Below, piece by piece: positions 27,119-39,740 of a stretch of 64,000 nt of DNA. The notes under the pieces were generated by a model. It did no database searches. It saw only the letters and a program-made list of their open reading frames with translations, and was not told where the DNA came from. Numbering within the stretch: the first letter of the stretch is position 1; each line of letters opens with the position of its first letter. Position numbers and translations under genes: made by a program. Source of the DNA: Eledone cirrhosa (Eukaryota); NCBI GenBank assembly GCA_964016885.1, contig OZ024740.1, positions 384,834,001-384,898,000 on the forward strand, in the 5' to 3' direction.

Positions 27119-28620
27119 TATCATCTTCATCACCATCATCATGTTCATTGTCATTATTATTGTTGATGTTATTGTTGTTGTTGTATTTATTAATGCATTT
27201 GAAAAACAAGACTTGTTTACGTAGGTATAGCAAATATTGATGAAGTTTTGCCTTTTGTGGATTTGCTAATATTGACGTTCATGTCCCTTTTGGAAAGTGA
27301 CCAGTACCCTAAAGATCTGATTGGAAAACCTTATTTTTCGCTCTTCGGTGCTGAATTTTAAAATATTAAATTTCTGGTTGCAACCCAACAAACAAGAGAG
27401 GGGAGTGGGAAACTTAAAAAGCAAAATTATTTTTCACACTTTAAGCTTTCTCTCCTTCAACACTGAGATCCTCCCTTCCCTGTTTTCCCCCACCAACACC
27501 ACTGCCACTATTAGTAATAATATCAACATTAACATCAACAACACCAACAACACCACCACCATCTGAGCCACGAATGAACTGGCTATTGCACCACCAAAAT
27601 CACCACCACAACCACAAGCACAAGCACAACCACGAATAAACTGTCTGTCTCACCCTTATCACTACCGCAGCCGCTTCAGCGCCTGGTGCTCACAACAAAA
27701 TCAACACCAGCTCAATAATGAGTAGACGTTTACTGGCACAATCAAGTAACACCACCACCACCAAAAACAATACCATATGCTTACTTCCCAACGCCACCAT
27801 TGATAATACGTTCGCATTCCCTGTAGCCGTCGAAATGAACATCACCAACAGTCAGATAAAAGAAAATTACAAAATGCACGAGCTGCAGAAACCAATATTC
27901 GAGAGTTGCTGAGTTGTGGTGCTTAGTCAAACCATTGTTATCACGCTATCGACCTATCTGGTGGCTATGGGGGAAATGATTTCGAGGCGCACCTGACAGA
28001 ATGACCTTCGGCCACACACTTGCCTCTTCTTTAATTACAAATTTCACTTGGAAATGAAGGTGGAAAGATGGTTACTGACACCTTCTCCACTCAATAAATG
28101 TCATGAACGTTGGGGGAAAGTAGAGAACATGGTCCGTGTGAACGGTCCTACTCAAAGCATGTGCCTCTATTCCAGAATACACCAACAGGAAAAAGACACT
28201 TGCTAATAGTCGGCTTAATCTTTTATCTTGAATCTCTAACACTAGGTGATGGGTACATTTTATTCTGGCCAATACAAGAATTGCTTCCCAATTCCAAACA
28301 ACTAATGTGTTGTTTGGGTCACCCAATTCATTTTCATCGTGTACATTTGTATATTTTTAAATATTTATTGTGTTCTTTAATTTTTATTAAACTTTTTAAA
28401 TGTATATTGACCTTACACTTCCTCATCATTATATAAGGTTTGTGTTGTCAATCCTCACCATTTTGTAATCTTCATATTTTAATGATTTATTTGGATGTAT
28501 GATGTTAGAACTCAGGATAAAATACTTTACGGTAATCGTTCCAGCACTCTGAGTTCAAATATCACCAAGGTCAGATTTGCGTTTCATCATTTTGAGGTTC
28601 GAGGACGATTCTTTCGCGAT

Positions 28621-28624
<4 letters not shown>

Positions 28625-28704
<80 letters not shown>

Positions 28705-28722
28705 ACTCTCTCTCTCTCTCTT
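28625..28722. repeat. (CT)n microsatellite after a SINE remnant (~28520-28624)
   Basis: Seen directly. Confidence 0.9.
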
Positions 28723-31132
28723 TCTCCTTCTCTGGAAGATTTCCTTAGTCCTGGAAAGACTCCATTAGCAATAACGGGTTCTTATATAAGACGTTGTAGC
28801 TAATAACAATACATACGTTGTGGTAACTAATAAATATCTTCATCATAATCATTATCATCATAGTTATGATTAATATAATTTTTGTTGTCGTTGTCGTAGA
28901 TTTTGAAATTTTACTACGTGTCTTGCAGCGGATCCTGATTATATTTCGTATATTTGTTATGTTTGTTTCCTCTAAAGTATGATAAATTTGTTACATAACG
29001 AGGATGTGGAGGAGGGCGTTGTTTTTATATGTTTTCCCGTCAAGTGGAAGAAAGTTTATTATTTTTTATTCCTTTCTGTCTTGACGACAGATATTTATTT
29101 CAACGTGACTAAAGTGGTGACGATAGGAGACGATTTCTATAACAGTGTCAGCCAACTTTCTCTTTCAGAAGAAAATAAAGAAAAATTGAATCTATTATAT
29201 ATTGTAAACAATTGCTGAAATAGCAACAATGTTTCCAGCTTTAACAATAATGGACTGAATAATAGTAATACGAAGAATACCACCGTTGATTTTAATGTAG
29301 ACACTTGCAACAATGTCTACCATTACAGTAGAAATAGTGGCGACTGTGTTGATACTTCACCTCAACAACAACATCGGCAACAATCAAGAAAAACAAACAT
29401 CCGCAATGAAAACCAATCCACTAAGAACATATAATTACAACTTCAAGAGGTTTATGTATACAAAGAAGTTTAGACTACACCATTATGGCTGAAAATGTAA
29501 TAGACAAACCAAATGTTAGCAAGAAACAACCCATTCTATCCCAAAAGAATATAGTGAGGAATGAAGAATCGTCATGTAGATACATCTCCCACAAGACAAA
29601 CCGACAAGGAAATTTATCTAGGACAGAATTTTGGAATTTATTAAAGAATTCAGACAACCCTTAACCCATGGAATAAAAGAACACTTCTGTTGGGTAAATG
29701 GATGCCTGTTATTCTATAGAGCAATAAGCGGATAAAGATGTTAGTGTATGACACAGTAAAAAGTACATATGAGTGTCTTTTAATGGATATTTATTTGGGA
29801 CTGTCAGGCTGCAGTAATACTACGCAATCTTTTAAATCCGACTGATAATCTGAGAGCATTCACTAACATGAAGTATGAGCTGAAACATATGTGTTCCATT
29901 TGCCATCTCTATCTCTTCAGGCAAAATTGAATAGCTGGAAGTGTGATAATTGTGGTAATGTCCTACCTTCGAAATAATGACATTATTACATGAAATCACA
30001 CACATATTTACAGAAGCAAATTCCGCAGTTATCATTCACTTAACTCTACTTACACTAAATAATTCTCGTGTGGTGTACAGCAACTTTTGAAGTCCAAACC
30101 TGGATTGCATAGACATTACTCTAGACCTTTTAAAGCAAACGAGGTCGTGTCTTTGACATTAATTTGACTGCTCATTGAACAATTAGACATATCATCTGAG
30201 AAGAAAAAGGCAATCGTTATATAGTAAGTATAGAATCTAATACTCCGACGACAATTGTTCTAATTGTTTGATCAACGAATTAATCTGCTCGTGAAATGTA
30301 TGTGCAAGTGGCAAAGCATTCCACAGACACCTGTATCTTTAATACACTTGAGACAATCACTGTGAAAAACTGTGTAATAAGGTTTGAATCAGATATACAA
30401 CTCATTTTTTCTATATGAATATGGTGGAGGAACAGGAAGTAAATTATCTTGCCCATTGACACAAGGCCCCGCAGGGAAATCCAATTGAAGCAATCACAAT
30501 ATTTTAAAGAAAATTTTGAAAAAATTTAAAGAATATGACTTTAAAATAATTAGTAGTTTTAATCCTAGAAAATATATATTTTTTTAAATAAATAAAAATA
30601 AAAATTTAAAACAGAATGATGGAGATTGTTAGTTCTTTTAGCTATCAAGTTTGCTCACCTAACTTTAAATATAGATTGACAGACAAACTTTACTAATTTA
30701 ATCACAGGTTAGAAAAGAAAATATTATGATAGAAGCAAAGATTAATGAGTTAAAATATAGCTACCATAGGATTTGAACACATAGAATTAATTATTGCTAT
30801 AAAATATTTGTTCCCACGTTTTCCTGCACCAAGTTGTTTTATGAGAATGTAAGTCACTCATCCGCCCTATGCCATATGGAATCAACAGCATTTGGCTCAT
30901 TCTTAACAGTTTCTATTTTAATGTGAAATTCAATTAGTAAAGTCAGTCTGTTAATCTATTTTTACTTCTGAAGAACCGATATGAGCGCCGAAAGCAATTT
31001 CAGATACCGTCATATTATTATTCAACCTGATTTTGTCAATCTGTTTATTAATTTTAATTTGCTCTTTAAGATTATATTTTCTGATTATTATAACTTTTTT
31101 GTTTTAATATATATATATATACGCACTCACAT

Positions 31133-31184
<52 letters not shown>

Positions 31185-31744
31185 TATGTATGTATATAGA
31201 CCATATGACAGGTAAATTTGGCTAACTGTAGGGAAATACGGAAATACATAAAATGTATGGATGTAGTTATCAAAGTAAACAAATAAATAAATAACCTCAC
31301 TACACCTGCGTTTAATGAAAACGATTCGTTATATTGCTTCTACTCAAACACTTTACATATAACGTTAAAGAGGCGAGTTGAAAAAGAGAAAGAAGAATAT
31401 TCTTGAAGAGGAATACATTTTCAAAAATGTTGTTTTGCTAACGAGAAAAGGGTTAAAATAAAACATATTGTACAAATTCTATAGGTATTTATTGTCGTCT
31501 TAACGGGTCTTGTCTTTGCGTGTCTGTGTCGGTGGGCATATGTATATGTGTGTGCGTGTACTCTACAGTGTTCACTGATCTCTCAATTTCTCTCTCTGTC
31601 AGTATGTATACCCCTTCTATAACCCATATGTTATTTCTCTTCTATGTCCCTTTTACTTCTTTCCCCAACTCTCTATAGCTTCTCAAGCGTAACACTGAAT
31701 CAACCAACTCATACATTGTGTATTATATATCTGAGATAAGCAGA

Positions 31745-31962
31745 GTAGATTGGCAATATCGGTAAAGAGTCGGACACCATGCTTTGCAGCATAGAGTTAC
31801 GGTCCTTTACGGTCTGATTTCAAATCCCGCCGAGGTTAACTTAGCCTTTCATCGTTACGGGGGTCGATAAAAGAAAGTACAAGTCACGCATTGGATTCGA
31901 TTTAATCGACTTTCTACTCCCCCAAAATTGCTGGCCTTGTGCCTATATAAGAAACAATTATT
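31745..31962 (+). mobile_element. tRNA-derived SINE with a Meta-domain-like core
   Basis: B-box-like tttcaaatccc; gcctttcatc...ggggtcgataaaa; tail gctggccttgtgcc. Confidence 0.8.
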
Positions 31963-32897
31963 TTAAGCATATATTATTGGACATATCAATTACACCGTGA
32001 TCGGTGGCTTCAGCCACTCCCAAACTACAATCCTCTAAAAAACAAAATCTTTAGAAAAGAACAAAAAGGAAAACAAAAGACTGGTACAAAATTTGATAAG
32101 ACCAACAAACCAAACAGATCCAAGGTAGGGGGAAGTAGCAGTACACGCGGAGACAATGGCGAATGAGGAGGAGAATACACGGAACGATGTGCATATCAGC
32201 TTGCCTAATCTCCGGAGCAGCTTCTAGTGACTGTCAGCGTCGTTAAAGAATGATTATACATGAAAATTACATGTAAAAGCATTAAGTATATTGATATAAA
32301 TAGAAAAGATATTCAGAATATTGATTTATTTTTCTTTCTTTTTAATGAGAAAATAAAAGAGAATTAACAATCATATATCCAGTACTAGTGGCCAATAAGA
32401 ACTGGCGAACAACTGACTTTCAACAGCGGTAGTGGAATAATGCCAGTAACCTGATCATAGATGTAGATTTTGATACTTTATAATATATAAAACTATTGTT
32501 AAATAAAGGAGAAATATCAGATAACAAGAAAGCTTTCCGTAGTCACTCAACTTCCGAATACATTTAGTAATGTATTCATAGATACGTACGCCATATTTGA
32601 AAAATAAGTGTAGTTACGGTCAGACCGAGGGCTAAAAAACAATAAAAAGTAAACATAATGTATGTGTGTTTTAAATGGCTATCTCCGATATCATAATTAT
32701 TTCTTTTTTACAAGCATTTACTATTATGTAATCTGATGTTAATCTTGGTTTTCGTCGTCGTCATGGTTGATGTTTTTGTTGTTGTTTAGCTCAAGGCTAG
32801 CTATGATTGAGCAAACCAAGAAAAGCTGCTCCAACCAGATTATCTTATACTATATTATATTATAATATAATATATTATATTATATTATTTAATGCGT

Positions 32898-33116
32898 AGG
32901 GGCAGTGGGTTGGTGGAGTCGTTACAGTGGTCGGTCAGATGTTTACTAGTATTTGCTCGGGCTCTAAATTTTAGTTCAAATCCAACCGAAATTATGTTTG
33001 CCTTCCTTTCTTCCAGGGTGGATGAAATATAATACCAGTTAAGTATCCATGTCATTGCAATCGACATCCCCTTTCCCAAAGATTGCAAGCCTTGTGCCAA
33101 TGTTAAAAATCATATT
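32898..33116 (+). mobile_element. tRNA-derived SINE
   Basis: agttcaaatcc, tttgccttcc, ataccagt, gccttgtgccaa. Confidence 0.7.
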
Positions 33117-33859
33117 GACCAGTGTGTTATTAATTTTGTAGAAGAGTAATGTGTGATTTCGAGAGAGAATTTGAATTTATTTCTGGCGAAAACAGGAAAT
33201 GGCTAAAGACACCCTCAAATGGGTCAGAGTTATTTTCTGTGAAAATGTGCAAAGAAGACAATACGCAATACAGGAAAAAGTACAAATCGACAGTAGCAGC
33301 AATTTCAATTTACTTCACCATAGAAAAAGTATCTAAACCACATTTACTATGTATTCCCTTTCTAAACTGTGTATTCTTCCCACATACACACATGCTCACA
33401 CGCACACGCATGCACACACGCACTCTCTCTCTCTCTCTCTCTCTCTCACATACACACACACATACACACATACTCACGCACACATATACACGCACAGCCA
33501 CACTCTAAGTCAAAATGATTCGACTATAGTAAGAATATGTATGTTAATATCTAGTCTAATTGCGAAGGAATTTCATCCAAAACTATTTAACGCGACAGTA
33601 AATATATTTACATACTTCGAGTTTGTAAAGATAATTATTTGAAAACTAATTATTTTAAAAAACTCTTCCATAGCTAAATGGATTGATGACTAGTATTCTA
33701 CATATTGTTCCGCGAGGAAAAGTTACTACGTGCAATATTAAATGTCTTTCCTCGAAATCAAATACATTGGCATATAGATATACAGATGAAAGACACGAAT
33801 CAGCCGTCATATAGTTATATGCTCAAGAGCCAGTAAATATGTACCACGCACACACACAT

Positions 33860-33984
<125 letters not shown>

Positions 33985-34024
33985 GCTAAATATAGACGGG
34001 TATGTATGATTGTGTATAGAAGAT

Positions 34025-34415
34025 TATATTAATAAAAGGAATTCCAACTTTGTCTGATTTACTCGTTTTATTATCAATCCTTTAAAATGTATAATGGTAT
34101 TAGAATGAAATAGTATGTTAGAATATTAAATGTTAAGTGTTAATTGAACAAGTTCTTTTATGCTTTCGCAATCTTCAGGTTTACATTCTGTGGTGACAGT
34201 TAAGTTTGCAATTTTCAACAGTTGAAAATTGCAAACTTGACTGTCACCACAGAATATAAACCTGAAGATTGCGAAAGCATAAAAGAACTTGTTCAATTAA
34301 CACTTAACATTTAATATTCTACCATACTATTTCATTCTAATACCATTATACATTTTAAAGGATTGATAATAAAACGAGTAAATCAGACAAAGTTGGAATT
34401 CCTTTTATTAATATA
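34025..34415. repeat. Near-perfect 391-bp palindrome centred at 34220
   Basis: Arms of ~195 bp with only a few mismatches and a 1-nt spacer (ttttcaac-a-gttgaaaa). Confidence 0.95.
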
Positions 34416-34435
34416 TATATATATATATATATATA

Positions 34436-34826
34436 AGTTATTCCGGGTTGAATCGGAGGTAACCAGAGTAAGTAAGGTACACAATACATAGCAGAGTGTA
34501 AAAGTTTTAATATAGAAGAGTTTCTACAGGACTAGAACTGTTTCATCCGTGAGAAATCATCAGGAAACAGTTCTAGTCCTGTAGAAACTCTTCTATATAT
34601 ATAAACATGTGTTTGTGTGCGTGGTATATATATATATATATATACTAATGTATTTAGTATCTTATTTTTGCTAAATAAGATACTAAATACATTAGTAGAG
34701 TGTAAACATCAAGTTTAATAAATGCCTTCTACAGGACTAGAACTGTTTCATTTAAAAGAAATCATAAGGATAAGACATTGGAGTGAAACAGTTCTAGTCC
34801 TCTAGAAGCCATTTCTATATTAAACT
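34436..34826 (-). mobile_element. Two PLE-type terminal fragments with fold-back structure, in (TA)n
   Basis: ctacaggactagaactgtttca at ~34524 and ~34729, each followed by an inverted copy. Confidence 0.7.
34520..34568 (-). ncRNA. Type I hammerhead ribozyme
   Basis: Minus strand: gtttc-CUGAUGA-t-ttc-tcac-gga-t-GAAA-cag-ttctagtc-ctg-UA-gaaac; all three stems pair; GUA site. Confidence 0.8.
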
Positions 34827-34835
34827 ATATATATA

Positions 34836-36047
34836 CAGGGTGCGGACGGTATTTGAGGACAGATTTATGGTTTAAAAAAACGCTTATATAATAACAGAAA
34901 AAGACTGTATTCTTATAAACATAACATAAACATAAAGTTAAATTATCAATTTAATAATTTCATTCAATAAAACCACCATAAGCATTAATAACTATCTCTG
35001 TGTGTGGTTGAAATCGTTTACAAGCTCGGATTAAGTGGTCCTTGTTCATATCGGACATGACTCGAACTATTGCGGCTTTCAAAGAATCTTTGATATTTTT
35101 CTCAACGATGCTCCATACATAGTAGTCAAGTGGATTGTGATCTGGAGAATTACGAGGCCAAATGTTGGGGTGATGTGATCATGCAAATTGTCGGCCATCC
35201 ATTCTTGTGTCATTTGAGCCTTGTGTGATGGTGCAGAATCTTGTTGAAAGACATAAGGCCTTCCATTGCATACACTGTTGATCCAAGGCTTAACAACTTT
35301 ATCCAGAACCTCAATATACGCAGTAGCATTCACCCTAAGGGCTTGTGGAACAAAGTGAGGAGGATCACATGTCCTTCATTGCTAACACCACTCAAAACCA
35401 TGACACTTGCAGGAAATTGTCTGTGCATTACACTTGGAACCTCAGAAGGGTCTGCACATTTCTTCTGTTAGTTTTCTGGTCCTGGTCAAAGATTTCTCAT
35501 CTGAGAAAATTCTAATCACACCGTCTTCTGATGGATTTTTAAGTTTGTTCAAAAGTCTTTTGGATCTGATTAAACGGTTTTCTTTTGTTTTTTTTCTGAA
35601 TTGACCTCACGTAAGATTTGTATCTGATGCCTTCGTGCACAATATTTCTCCTTGTTTTTTCTAACACACCAAAGTCTTTTGCAATTGACCTCATTGATTT
35701 TCCTGGATTGTCATGTTTTGCTTAACTTCCTGAATAAATGCAGGTGTCCTGATAGAATCAGAGCACTTGGAATGTTATTTACGTTTTGATACAGGTAATA
35801 CGCTTCCATCTTCCGTCTCTAACTCACACCGAATCTTGTGGACAAAAGATCCTGCAGCTTTCAGAAAACGAGAAATTTTTAAATCAACATGCTTAGCCTT
35901 CAAAGCCACAATCACAACATGCCTTTTCACTTCATTGGTAAGCATAGCTATTTTCATGTTATTTTTTGAAATAGAAGTTCAATAAAGATTTGTCAAATAT
36001 AATAATGACTAAAAATGCATGTGTCCTCAAATACCATCCGCACACTG
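34836..36047 (-). mobile_element. Full-length Tc1/mariner DD37D (maT/mori) transposon with pseudogenised transposase
   Basis: 26-bp TIRs (34836-34861 and 36022-36047, 2 mismatches) flanked by TA. Motifs FSDEK, QQDSAPSHKA and WPRNSPDHNPLDYYVW; 37 aa between D2 and D3 after correcting a 1-bp frameshift. Confidence 0.92.
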
Positions 36048-36054
36048 TATATAT

Positions 36055-36101
<47 letters not shown>

Positions 36102-36556
36102 TATATATATATATATAATATATATATACACACACGTGTTGTAAGACATACAGCCTTCCAGATAGTTTACAGCTGCTGTATGTACGTTTGTGCGTGTGTG
36201 TGTGTGTGGTATGTGTTTCACAACTTATCGCACCTATTAATGTTACAAATATATGAAAAAAGGAACATATATATGTGAGGTCCAAATGACGCCAACTCAA
36301 ATTTTCCGAGCAGTTAAGCATTAGTAGAAATCATCCCCAATGCCGAAAACGTATTTCCTTTGATATCTGTGATAGCCTTGGACATCCATGTTCAAAGCGG
36401 ATGGCTGAACATCGGAAATTGTTTCTTTGTGTTCACTAATTTGATATATATATACATATATGTGGTGGGGAGGGAATTTAAACTAATATATTCCTTTCCT
36501 GTACTGTGGTGTTTGCTTTGTTATTTCTGTTTAACTTTTACATACATACACACATT

Positions 36557-36777
<221 letters not shown>

Positions 36778-36794
36778 AATAATAATATAATAAT

Positions 36795-37170
36795 GCTTTC
36801 TTTATTAAACACAAGAGTTAACAGAAAGTAGACATTAAGGACAGTACAATACAGGACGGTACAAATGGGCATTTCTGCGTGTAGAATAACAAAAAACAGA
36901 GGATGTAACAAAAAAGAACAATGAAAAATTCCCCAATAGGGGGGAGACTTCCGAGGGCCCTCGTGGAGACAGCCCATTAAAAAAAAAGCCACGGTGACCC
37001 TGACCACCAGGGCAAGTGCCCTCTCCCAGTTTTCCACCTTTATTTTACAGGCATATACTCAGAGTAGGTTCATTCACTCGGGCCATTCTTGCCTCTCTCA
37101 CCCATCTTTCAACAAAATGCTGGGAAGAGAGCACTTCCCTCTCTGATATTCCTTTTCAAATGAAATATAA
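36795..37170 (-). mobile_element. Probable L1/Tx1-like LINE 3' end in (AAT)n
   Basis: Minus strand C-terminus EREVLSSQHFVERWVREARMARVNEPTLSICL*, then a 3' UTR with AATAAA ending in ATT repeats. Confidence 0.45.
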
Positions 37171-37223
37171 TAATAATAATAATACAGGGACGAACTGTTA
37201 AGCTTTCATTGCGTATATTGATT

Positions 37224-37308
37224 GGTGACGCGCGTTTCGCTATTGATCAGCTTAAGGTTCAATCTGTATCGATCTGGCCCGGCTCTGGAATCAAAAGCTC
37301 GTTGGACC
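37224..37308 (-). ncRNA. Degenerate hammerhead with a long stem II
   Basis: Minus strand: ggt-CCAACGA-gct...agc-GAAA-cgcgcg-UC-acc, then AATAAA-like; same family as 62195-62417. Confidence 0.55.
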
Positions 37309-38153
37309 TCGAGGAAATTCTGCGTAACATAATGTATGTCAAGCCTGACTTTTTCAATTACATGTATAACGAATCCGATGGGCTTCAAAGACAGTTTCCC
37401 GCTACCCAATGTCCATCACAAGGCATGTATCAGTCCGAGGCTGTAAATGACTTTTGCCTAAAATGCAACACGGTGGAATTGAACCCCGCACGTAATGATG
37501 ATTAAACGAACTCTTTAATCATTCGGTTATGCTATGTAGATTATTTATTTATATGAGCGTACTGCGTTAGATAACGTTAACTGAAAGTTGCAATGAGGTA
37601 TGCATGGACATGATTTAATAAGAATATATAGTATTTTCATAGACATGTTAGAAGAGGAGGAATACACAGAAACAGCAGAAATGGCAAATAATGGCCCGTC
37701 CTGTATATAGTCTCTAACTGGAAATAGCGATACAGCCTTCAAGAGACTATAAATCATTAAGTCAGCTCTATTACACGGCTACACATCTGAATAGTGATAA
37801 TGGGTGATGAAATAGGAGTGGGAGATGAAAGTGTGAAAAATAATAGAATATATATATAGATATATAGATGGGCTGAAATAGAGATGAAGAGAAATCTAAA
37901 TGAATGAATAAATGAGGAACGTAGGTAGTTGAAATTTCACACACTCCATTCAATTTTGTATTTGAATTAAAGCAATCAATAGATATAATCCGCCAATATA
38001 TATACACATTATATATATAGGTGTGTGTTTATGTGTGTGTGTGTGTGTGTGTGTATGTGTGTGTATGCATATATATATCATATCTATTATATGTATATAC
38101 GTATATACGTGTATACATATTATATGTATATACGTTTTACATCTCTCTGCCTT

Positions 38154-38254
<101 letters not shown>

Positions 38255-38933
38255 AATCATTAGCTACAATCCGTCAATATATATATATATATATAGGTGA
38301 TTTTAAATACATATATATATAATTATACACACACACATTTACATATAATATTCATTCTATATAATAGCCAATAATTTAAGAATAATATAATGGATATTTT
38401 AAATCGCAAAAATAACATTTCATCTGATAAGCTAAAGCATACGCGATGTTGCAACAAGAATGTTCGTTCTCGTTGTCGATGAGACTACGCATCAAAGCTA
38501 TGTGATGTCAAAGACGAGATAACTATTTCGTTTTATAACGGTAGACGTTTGTAGCCATTATTTTAGATGTCATCGTTTATTTCTCTTTCTTTATATTGGA
38601 AGATTAATTTGGAAAAAGAATCTAACGAAAAATAAACCATAATATAACATTGTGTACATGCTACAAAGATATTCATTTCAATGATATAATTAAACTACGA
38701 ATTGAATGGTGATATTGATACATAAATATGATTCCTATACAAACAGATCATATATATAGCGAAGAATGAAATAAGAGAATATAGGCATAATGCTATAATT
38801 CTAGATTGCGTATGAACATATGGAATTACAGATATTTACTTGGAGATTTATGTTTAATAGATGTCTTTCTTTTTGTAATTTAATACATATATATATATGT
38901 GTGTGTGTGTGTGTGCGCGTGTGTGTGTGCGCT

Positions 38934-39024
<91 letters not shown>

Positions 39025-39524
39025 ACACACACACACACACACACACAAACACTATATGTATATATATATAGTGATAGATATATGTGCGTGTGTGCTACAT
39101 TGAAATGAAATACGCCTGTGTTCAAGTTATCTCTGTATATAACTTCCTCACAGATTGTGCAGAACACTAAACCTTTTAGACCTTTATGGCCTAATCTGAA
39201 GGGTGGAGTGATGTTGCCGTATACTATTGGTATTAGGGTAGCCAGGACCAAGTAGCTGGTGTAGATATTTCCACCTAGATTTATATATCATCAGATGAAT
39301 TTTTTCTTTTTGTTTGTTATTAGTGGTTATATTATATCTTTCTTTTTAAGCTATCTATGGGTTTATGCCATATGTATGTTTGTACGCCCTATGTGTTTAT
39401 TTTAGCATTGAACAACCATAAAAGAATAAATAACATATTAATCCCAAAAGATTAGTAGGTGACTGCTGCCGTCTAATTCTAATGGTGAAATTCTGTCACT
39501 AATATCTCTACCAATAACATTCAC

Positions 39525-39740
39525 TAGTCGTGGGTTCGATTCCTGGGCAGCGTTGCGTGTTGTGTTCTTGAGCAAAACACTTTATTTCACGTTGTTCCTG
39601 TATACTCACCTGCAAATGAGTGCCAACCATAGCTGGGGGTTTAACCCTGCGATAGACTGGCGTCCTGTCCAGTGGGTGTCATGTACTCTCAGTCGCTTCA
39701 CGCCATGAAACCTGGAAATGACTGGCCTAAGAAGCCAGAT
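39525..39740 (+). mobile_element. tRNA-derived SINE, second family
   Basis: B-box ggttcgattcc; ttgagcaaaacactt; aaccctgcgatagactggcgtcctgtccag. Confidence 0.75.

Noticed and set aside
30170-30465. Possible host exon remnants (FHSDCLKC; ttttcttctcag acceptor) on the minus strand
   Set aside because: In-frame stops, no consistent exon chain and no recognisable family
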